Shown here piece after piece: positions 18,208-24,420 of a stretch of DNA of 24,420 nt. The stretch's first letter is position 1. Every line of letters starts with the position of its first letter. A program made the position numbers and the translations under genes. The notes under the pieces were generated by a model. The model worked only from the letters and a program-made list of their open reading frames with translations. It was not told where the DNA came from and searched no databases. This DNA is from a virus (lineage: Duplodnaviria; Caudoviricetes), in the IMG/VR virus record IMGVR_UViG_3300021142_000173, positions 1-24,420 of that record. One strand, written 5' to 3'.

Positions 18208-20199
18208 ATGAGTTCTGTTTATAAGACATTAAACATATCAGATCTAACTGTATTCCCGTATAAGACTAGTAAGGCATTTAATCTGAACACTACAGCTAAC
18301 ACACATATTTTAGTGGTTAGCGCTTCTTGTAAGGATTGGTACTACTATGGACCAGACGGTGTTTATATTACACCACCAGTAAGTGCGTCAACGAATGTAC
18401 CTTCCGGATCTATTGGTTATTCCGATCACGGGTATACGTACATTACCAGTAGTTATAGCGGAAATCCTAGCGGTGCTTTACAGGTAGGCAAGTATATGTC
18501 ATATAATTCATGGCCTTCAGGAACTTGGAAGTATGCAGGACCAAATTATGATATAGCTATTAACGATATGAGTAGTTCGTATACTCATATAAATCCTAAA
18601 AATCCTCCTTATGACGGTTCTCAACCTGTAGTGTACGGGTTTAACTTGTTAAATTTTAATGTAATAACACGTAATGATGAAGTAGCAGGCGTTTATGCCC
18701 CCGTATACATGGGCGGTGTAAATAATTACTGTTACACTGTTCCGAGATCTGGTAGCTATACGGTAACTGCCCAAGTACCTATTACTGTACTGACAAATCA
18801 AAACAATACAATTGGACCGGACTACTTTAAAGTAGCAGCTATCTTAGAGAAATGCCCTTCAGGATCTTCTCCATCGGTAGAATCTAATTGGGGACTAGCA
18901 TCACCATACTCTTTTAGTAGATTACAGAATTCGGTTACTTTTCCTAATACAGATCCAATGTTCCCTTCTGCAAATGCACCTTATATGATCGTCTATAATG
19001 ATCCGGTCAATAGTAGAAGTGTTGATAATACTCTAGTTTTTGGAGGATGGTCAGACCGTACGTATGCAGGAATTCAAACAATCTGTGGACTAAATACAAC
19101 ATTTACTGCTAATACCGGTGATATTTTAAGACTTCAACTCTATATAATAGATGTAGCTCAATTTTTTAATAATGAATTGAACCAACTGACAACAGCAAAT
19201 AATAGATTACAAATGTTCTTTAACGGATACTATAATCTAGATGCATCTGGGAGTACTAATAACCGGTTTTATAGTGATCCCAACCATACTACAGGTAGTC
19301 AAATGTTAATATATCCAGCATTAATTTCTCCGACTTCACCATCGGCATCTCTAATTATTGCAGATACTAATGCAACTGCTACTACTTATACAAATCCAGC
19401 TAATATCACAATAGCAACAGGTAGTAACCTACCTCTTCCTTCATTTGGATCTGCAAACTACAAAGAAGTACTTACATATAGATCTGCTAGACACTTATAC
19501 TATTCTCATAATCTACCTGGTTTACAACCTTCTACGCCTCTATCTCAACAGACTTATAATCAATTAGTAGCAGATCAAAACATCAATAGTACTGTTAACC
19601 CGGTATTAGTCTACGATAACTACCTACAATCGACAGCCTGCTCGGGATCATCTGAATATGATAATAGAAGCACTTTTGTAACCGGGTCTGGTAGTAATCT
19701 TGTACACGTATTGTCAGTATCTCAGACACTATTTGGTGAACAGATACAACCTAATAGCTTCTCAGTTACTAGTCTGAATGCAGATTTTAATAATTTTGAA
19801 GACGATGGAAATGGTAATTTAATAGACAGTGCTACAAAGTCTATAGTGATTGGTAATATTATATATGCACACGGTGTTGTGGTGATTAATAATTTAAACT
19901 ACAGCCCCTACGCTCGCGGTTATAGTATGACTGTTAACTCTGAAACTACCATCTACCAATCTCAAGTTAGATGTCATATTAATGAAAATGAATTTAATAT
20001 GACTACAAATCCATCTGCAACTTCCGGTTCTTTTGGAGTACTAAATAGTAACGTATCTGGATCTAGTTTCCAACCCTACGTTACAACCATTGGACTCTAT
20101 AATGGAGCTAATGAATTAATTGCAGTTGGTAAACTAGGCCAACCCTTCCCAATGCCCGCTAACACTGATGTTACATTCGTAGTTAGATGGGATTCATAA
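18208..20199 (+). CDS. Virion structural protein with a possible C1q/TNF-like domain; C-terminal paralog of ORF 17147
   Basis: YTVPRSGSYTVTAQV...GDILRLQL pattern, EDDGNGNL and a terminal TTIGLYNGANELIAVGKLGQP. Confidence 0.65.
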   Translation: MSSVYKTLNISDLTVFPYKTSKAFNLNTTANTHILVVSASCKDWYYYGPDGVYITPPVSASTNVPSGSIGYSDHGYTYITSSYSGNPSGALQVGKYMSYNSWPSGTWKYAGPNYDIAINDMSSSYTHINPKNPPYDGSQPVVYGFNLLNFNVITRNDEVAGVYAPVYMGGVNNYCYTVPRSGSYTVTAQVPITVLTNQNNTIGPDYFKVAAILEKCPSGSSPSVESNWGLASPYSFSRLQNSVTFPNTDPMFPSANAPYMIVYNDPVNSRSVDNTLVFGGWSDRTYAGIQTICGLNTTFTANTGDILRLQLYIIDVAQFFNNELNQLTTANNRLQMFFNGYYNLDASGSTNNRFYSDPNHTTGSQMLIYPALISPTSPSASLIIADTNATATTYTNPANITIATGSNLPLPSFGSANYKEVLTYRSARHLYYSHNLPGLQPSTPLSQQTYNQLVADQNINSTVNPVLVYDNYLQSTACSGSSEYDNRSTFVTGSGSNLVHVLSVSQTLFGEQIQPNSFSVTSLNADFNNFEDDGNGNLIDSATKSIVIGNIIYAHGVVVINNLNYSPYARGYSMTVNSETTIYQSQVRCHINENEFNMTTNPSATSGSFGVLNSNVSGSSFQPYVTTIGLYNGANELIAVGKLGQPFPMPANTDVTFVVRWDS

Positions 20200-20213
20200 A
20201 CCTAAAATTATTT

Positions 20214-20627
20214 ATGGCAAAAAAAGTTAATGTAAGAAGAAGAGCTATACAGCAAGGCTACCGTTCTGGTTTAGAACATGTTGTAGCTAATCAATTAGAT
20301 TCTTCTAAAATAGAATATCAATACGAAAATCCAGCTAATAAGATTAAATATACTGTACCTGCTAAAGATCACACTTATTTACCTGATTTTGTACTCCCTA
20401 ACGGTATTATCATAGAAACAAAAGGTAGATTCGTATTAGCAGATAGAAAAAAGCACGAGCTAATTAAATCGCAAAGACCTGAATTAGACATAAGATTTGT
20501 CTTTAGTAACTCTAATACTAAAATAGCCAAGAACTCTAAGACAACATATGGGAGCTGGTGTGAGAAGCTGGGTATCCCTTATGCCGACAAACAGATACCG
20601 AAGGAGTGGTTGGAGGAGAAACTTTAA
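20214..20627 (+). CDS. Phage endonuclease I (T7 gp3-like Holliday junction resolvase)
   Basis: GYRSGLE, YLPDFVLPNGIIIETKGRF, DRKKH, PELDIRFVFSNS, SKTTY..WCEK.G and IPKEWL match the T7 endonuclease I family. ATG 20214 (MAKKV) is preferred over 20187 because it avoids an overlap. Confidence 0.92.
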   Translation: MAKKVNVRRRAIQQGYRSGLEHVVANQLDSSKIEYQYENPANKIKYTVPAKDHTYLPDFVLPNGIIIETKGRFVLADRKKHELIKSQRPELDIRFVFSNSNTKIAKNSKTTYGSWCEKLGIPYADKQIPKEWLEEKL

Positions 20628-20657
20628 GTTTGTAGTCTAGTAAGAAGTTCGTATATT
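20626..20657 (+). promoter_or_regulatory. Putative early/middle bipartite promoter
   Basis: AAGTTTGTAGTCTAGTAAGAAGTTCGTATATT fills most of the gap before the primase and matches 1307-1338. Confidence 0.62.
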
Positions 20658-20666
20658 TAGTATACT

Positions 20667-21608
20667 ATGGATAACACTAGACTTTTATTAGGAATAGTTG
20701 AGACAGTATTAGGCAAAGGTAAACACACCTCAAAACATAACTATGCTTTCAATTGCCCATTCTGTCATCATCATAAACCCAAGCTTGAAGTAGACCTACA
20801 AGTAACACCTGACGGTAAAACGCCATGGAATTGTTGGGTGTGTGGACAGAAGGGTAGATCACTTGTAAACTTATTTAAAAAGCTTGATGTCCCAAGAGAG
20901 ACGCTATTAGAATTAAAGCCCTTTATCAAGTATATACCGCAAGAAAAGAATGGGGAGATTCAAGAGAAACTGATAATAAAGCTTCCTAAGGAGTATAAAT
21001 CGATTCTACAAAAAAGTAACTCGATCACCTATCGTCAAGCTCTAGCCTATGCTAGAAAGAGAGGTTTAACAGATGAAGATTTTATTAAATATGGAGTTGG
21101 ATATTGTGAAATAGGTCGATATGCTAATTCTCTAATAGTTCAATCCTTTGATAAGGATGGAAAATTGAATTACTTCATCGGAAGATCTTTTGAAAAAGAC
21201 CCTGCAAGAAAATATAACGCACCTGTCTGTAATAAAAATGAAATAGTTGGGTTAGAATATTATATAAACTGGAAATGTCCTGTTATACTGTGTGAAGGTA
21301 TTTTTGATGCAATTGCTATAAAAAGAAATGCAGTACCTTTATTTGGTAAAACATTACCAACATCTCTACAGGTTCAATTAGCTAGTGCAGACGTTAAAAC
21401 CGTGTACATTGTTCTAGATAATGATGCTCTAAAAGACGCAATAAAACACGCCCAGCAGTTAATGGACTCAGGAAAAGAAGTATACTTAGTTGAACTAAAC
21501 GGAAAAGATCCATCGGATATAGGTTTTCAAGAAATGACTCGATTGTTACATCAATCAAGTGCATTAAGTTATGCTAAACTATTACATAAAAAATTAGAAT
21601 TATGCTAG
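20667..21608 (+). CDS. DNA primase (DnaG/T4 gp61-like; Zn finger + TOPRIM)
   Basis: CPFC...WNCWVC zinc finger, RGL and FIGRS segments, and TOPRIM motifs ILCEGIFDAIA, VLDNDA and GKDP.D. Confidence 0.92.
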   Translation: MDNTRLLLGIVETVLGKGKHTSKHNYAFNCPFCHHHKPKLEVDLQVTPDGKTPWNCWVCGQKGRSLVNLFKKLDVPRETLLELKPFIKYIPQEKNGEIQEKLIIKLPKEYKSILQKSNSITYRQALAYARKRGLTDEDFIKYGVGYCEIGRYANSLIVQSFDKDGKLNYFIGRSFEKDPARKYNAPVCNKNEIVGLEYYINWKCPVILCEGIFDAIAIKRNAVPLFGKTLPTSLQVQLASADVKTVYIVLDNDALKDAIKHAQQLMDSGKEVYLVELNGKDPSDIGFQEMTRLLHQSSALSYAKLLHKKLELC

Positions 21609-22264
21609 TGGCAGAACAACGATCACCTGAATGGTTTACTGTTAGAAAAGGTAAGATTACCAGTTCAGAGATTTGGAAAATTATGGGATCTAAAAAAGAA
21701 GGTCTTAGTGAAGTAGCAAAAAGTTACCTACTAGAAAGAGTCTCCGAAAAATTAGGTGGGTTTTCACAACCTATCATTGGCCCGGCTCTAGATTGGGGTA
21801 CAGATTTAGAAGATACTGCAAGAGATATTTATGCAGCAGCAACTGGCCTAGAAGTTAAACCCTGTTCTTTTTACGAAGTATCGGATTCCTATGGAGGAAC
21901 ACCTGATTCTTTGGTTGGAGATGATGGGGTGTTAGAGATTAAATGTCCTTACACGTCAGCAAACCACTTTAAATATGGACTAATAACCTCAGATGCTGAA
22001 TTTAAAAAGACATCAGCTGCATATTACTACCAATGTATCTCGCATATGGCCGTAACAGGTAGGAAATGGTGTGACTTTATTAGCTTTGACCCAAGAGTGG
22101 GTACAGATTATATGTTATTTATTTACAGATTAGGTAGAGATGAAGATGAAGTCAAGAATATGTTAGAGAGAGTTGAATTAGCAAGTAAATACATGCAAGA
22201 TTTAGTTGCAAAACTACCAAAATCCATTGTATCTCAAGAAATGCTAGTGAATAACGAAGAATAA
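21602..22264 (+). CDS. YqaJ/lambda-exonuclease family 5'-3' exonuclease
   Basis: Motifs QRSPEW...RKGKITSSE, WG..LE..AR, GTPD, LEIKCP, YYYQ...M.VTG..WCDF.SFDPR. Confidence 0.92.
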   Translation: MLVAEQRSPEWFTVRKGKITSSEIWKIMGSKKEGLSEVAKSYLLERVSEKLGGFSQPIIGPALDWGTDLEDTARDIYAAATGLEVKPCSFYEVSDSYGGTPDSLVGDDGVLEIKCPYTSANHFKYGLITSDAEFKKTSAAYYYQCISHMAVTGRKWCDFISFDPRVGTDYMLFIYRLGRDEDEVKNMLERVELASKYMQDLVAKLPKSIVSQEMLVNNEE

Positions 22265-22266
22265 AC

Positions 22267-22274
22267 TATTTATA
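22267..22274 (+). promoter_or_regulatory. Putative late-promoter motif TATTTATA
   Basis: CTATTTATA squeezed into a 15-nt gap, ending 5 nt before ATG 22280. Confidence 0.6.
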
Positions 22275-22279
22275 AGAGT

Positions 22280-23041
22280 ATGATAAAGTTGATAAATTTA
22301 TTACGAGAAACTAAACAAGGTCCAAAAGCAATATTTTTAGCTGGACCTGCAGGTGCTGGTAAATCTTTTATTAGTAAACAGATAATTCTAAGTGGTAAAT
22401 TCAATGTTATTAACAGTGACGATACTTACGAAGAATTATTAAAAGCATCTGGTTTAGGTATGAAGCAAAAAGACTTTGGACCTGAAGAATTATCACAAGC
22501 AGCTAAGTTACAAGCCCAGGCACAAAAAGCTACAAAAGAGAAATATAGTCAAGCTCTAGAAAATCGTCACGATATTATTATAGATGGAACTGGTGCAGCA
22601 TCTGGTCCGTTACTTAAAAAGAAAGCAGAGCTAGAAGAACTTGGTTATACCACATTTATGGTAATGATTTATGTATCACCTATGACATCTTTAGAGAGAA
22701 ATGCAGGTAGAGATAGATCTTTAATGCCTGCTATTGTACTAAGGACTTGGAGAGATGTTAACAAGAACATTCAGACATATGAACAAGCTTTTGGTGATAA
22801 CTTTATACTTCTAAATAATGATCCTGCAGGAGCAGATAAGTCTTTTGATCCGGCAATTGTAAAACGTCGATTCTTTGATACATCAACTGGTAAAGGTAAA
22901 GAGAAGACTCCTGAAGAGATGATGAAGAGAGCACAAGAGGCAGCAGACTTAAATCAGAGTATAACAGATATATTAAAATCAGAACCCGAAGCAATTGATA
23001 TCGGGCAAGCAAAAGCAAAAATACAAGCATTTATAGGATGA
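22280..23041 (+). CDS. P-loop kinase, zeta-toxin/AAA_33-like
   Basis: Walker A AIFLAGPAGAGKS, INSDD, IIIDGTG and lid motif LERN..R.R. The substrate is unknown. Confidence 0.82.
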   Translation: MIKLINLLRETKQGPKAIFLAGPAGAGKSFISKQIILSGKFNVINSDDTYEELLKASGLGMKQKDFGPEELSQAAKLQAQAQKATKEKYSQALENRHDIIIDGTGAASGPLLKKKAELEELGYTTFMVMIYVSPMTSLERNAGRDRSLMPAIVLRTWRDVNKNIQTYEQAFGDNFILLNNDPAGADKSFDPAIVKRRFFDTSTGKGKEKTPEEMMKRAQEAADLNQSITDILKSEPEAIDIGQAKAKIQAFIG

Positions 23042-24420
23042 TAGATATAACAAAACTTGGAACATTAATTGCAGAAGAGATAACAAACGAACCTGGTGTA
23101 TGTTTTTACCCAGGTGGATTTAAACCTCCACACAAAGGACACTTTGAAGTAGCTAGAGATATATCTTCACGTAGCTATATTACGCATCTTTATATTATTA
23201 TATCACCAAAAGAAAGAGACGGTATAACTGCCGAGCAGAGTTTAAAGGTATGGCAGACTTATCTAGCAGCACAACCTCTACCAAAAGTCTCTGTAAGTAT
23301 CTCTAAAACACAAACACCTGTTAAAGATGTATACGACTATCTTGCCGATCATCCTACTGAAAAACCGGTGTATATTGTAGGAGGTAGAGACGAAGTAGAT
23401 GACCAGGGGTACTTTAAATCACTTCAAAAAGCATTTGGAGAAAGAGTTGTACCAATTCCTGTGGAAGAAAAATTTGGTAGAATATCAGCTAGTTACGTTA
23501 GAGGTTTACTAAGAGCAGGTGATGTAGATGGTTTCGAAGAAACTATACCTGAATCGGCTAAGAATAAGGGATATGCCGAGCCTATCTTTAAATTACTAGC
23601 TACTACAATTAAGCAACCTGTTATTAAGGAAGGTGAAGAACCACATGAAGATGAAGCAATGTCTATCATTAACAAGTATATTCAATGGTGCGGGCAGATG
23701 TTAGAGATTGAAGAACTCCCACATATTGAATTTGTGTATGATACAAGTTTTACTTCTCAAAATCATAGCTTTGGTGGGTATATACCTGAAGATCATTCTA
23801 TACTAATTTCAATAGCAAATAGGAATCTAGCAGATGTATTAAGAACTTTAGGACATGAACTAGTTCACCACCGTCAAAACGAAACAGTTGGTATAAATCC
23901 TGAAGATGGTAAAACAGGTACAGATGTAGAAAATGAAGCTAATGCGGTAGCTGGAATGCTGATGAGAACATTTGGTAAACAAGACCCCCGCATCTACAAT
24001 ATTTTTATACCTGAAACATCAACTACATTGCAGGAGGATACTAGATCAGTAGCTAGCAAGCTATTAACAGTATTACATGAGATGCGATTAACAGTAGCAA
24101 ATGCGGCAGAAGTACACGGTGACTTGTATCACGGGTATTTTAAGGTAGGAGATATAGAGTATAATTATAAAATTACTAAATTTGAAAATAATCCTTACAG
24201 TAGCGATTCTTTTTATTCTATAGAATTTACTGAGGTAGGTAATCCCGCTACTGATGTATCAATTCCAACTAAAAAAGCAGGCGGTAAAAACTATATTAAA
24301 ATTCTTAGTACGATATATAAAGTACTTATTAATTTTACAGAAACAATGCAACCGGAGTATATTGGTATTTCTGCTCTTGATAAAAGTGGATATCTAAACA
24401 TATATAACGATTTAACAAAA
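23038..24420 (+). CDS. Multidomain protein, 3'-truncated (>461 aa): HxGH nucleotidyltransferase + HExxH zincin peptidase + unknown domain (not in ORF track)
   Basis: Hand translation from the ATGA overlap at 23038 shows no stop before the window end: MIDITKLGTLIAEE...YPGGFKPPHKGH (HKGH 23131-23142)...ISASYVR...LRTLGHELVH (HELVH 23854-23868)...ENEANA. Confidence 0.85.
   Translation, partial: MIDITKLGTLIAEEITNEPGVCFYPGGFKPPHKGHFEVARDISSRSYITHLYIIISPKERDGITAEQSLKVWQTYLAAQPLPKVSVSISKTQTPVKDVYDYLADHPTEKPVYIVGGRDEVDDQGYFKSLQKAFGERVVPIPVEEKFGRISASYVRGLLRAGDVDGFEETIPESAKNKGYAEPIFKLLATTIKQPVIKEGEEPHEDEAMSIINKYIQWCGQMLEIEELPHIEFVYDTSFTSQNHSFGGYIPEDHSILISIANRNLADVLRTLGHELVHHRQNETVGINPEDGKTGTDVENEANAVAGMLMRTFGKQDPRIYNIFIPETSTTLQEDTRSVASKLLTVLHEMRLTVANAAEVHGDLYHGYFKVGDIEYNYKITKFENNPYSSDSFYSIEFTEVGNPATDVSIPTKKAGGKNYIKILSTIYKVLINFTETMQPEYIGISALDKSGYLNIYNDLTK

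Noticed and set aside
17960-20150. Similar 3' ends of ORFs 17147 and 18208 as a DGR template/variable repeat pair
   Set aside because: Both copies are coding, the differences are not adenine-specific, and there is no reverse transcriptase in the window. Ordinary paralogy explains them.
20187-20213. Upstream start of endonuclease I given in the ORF track
   Set aside because: It overlaps the previous gene and adds nine residues before a more plausible MAKKV start.
22280-23041. Epsilon-zeta toxin-antitoxin system
   Set aside because: There is no room for an upstream antitoxin ORF (15-nt gap), and only the general kinase fold is supported.
1943-23675. Minus-strand ORFs at 1943, 8633, 15281, 17965, 22803 and 23493
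   Set aside because: All are short, lack motifs, and lie antisense to well-supported + strand genes (the last is inside ORF 23038). They are shadow ORFs.
1-24420. Stop-codon reassignment
   Set aside because: Genes are intact and densely packed under the standard code. TAA, TAG and TGA all end genes, often right before the next start.
1-24420. tRNA, CRISPR array, intron/intein or IS element
   Set aside because: The largest intergenic gap is about 135 nt and shows no cloverleaf or repeat-spacer pattern. I saw no splice, intein or transposase motifs by eye.

Overview
This AT-rich window is densely coding, with every credible gene on the + strand, and comes from a large tailed dsDNA phage with a contractile-tail (myovirus-type) baseplate. 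Left end: a 5'-truncated T5orf172-domain gene, a glutaredoxin, an HD hydrolase and a sigma-like factor resembling T4 gp55. Middle (about 3.2-20.2 kb): a translationally coupled structural block with a hub/spike pair, gp25- and gp6-like wedge proteins, a 1816-aa wedge/LamG protein and three tail-fibre/collar-like proteins. Right end: a T7 endonuclease I-like resolvase, a primase, a YqaJ/lambda-type exonuclease, a zeta-like P-loop kinase, and a 3'-truncated ORF missing from the ORF track (HxGH nucleotidyltransferase + HExxH peptidase + unknown domain). Two candidate promoter classes are visible: TATTTATA before late-type genes, and a bipartite AGTT(G/T)G...AAGTTC(G/A)TAnnTT motif with fixed spacing. 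The absence of Shine-Dalgarno sites and frequent A at -3 suggest a Bacteroidota host (inference). The best candidates for undescribed biology are a putative virion-packaged, protease-processed kinase/nucleotidyltransferase/peptidase module and an [S/T]-G-S tripeptide confined to virion proteins. All family calls come from motif recognition by eye; no searches were run. I found no RNA genes, CRISPR arrays or mobile elements.
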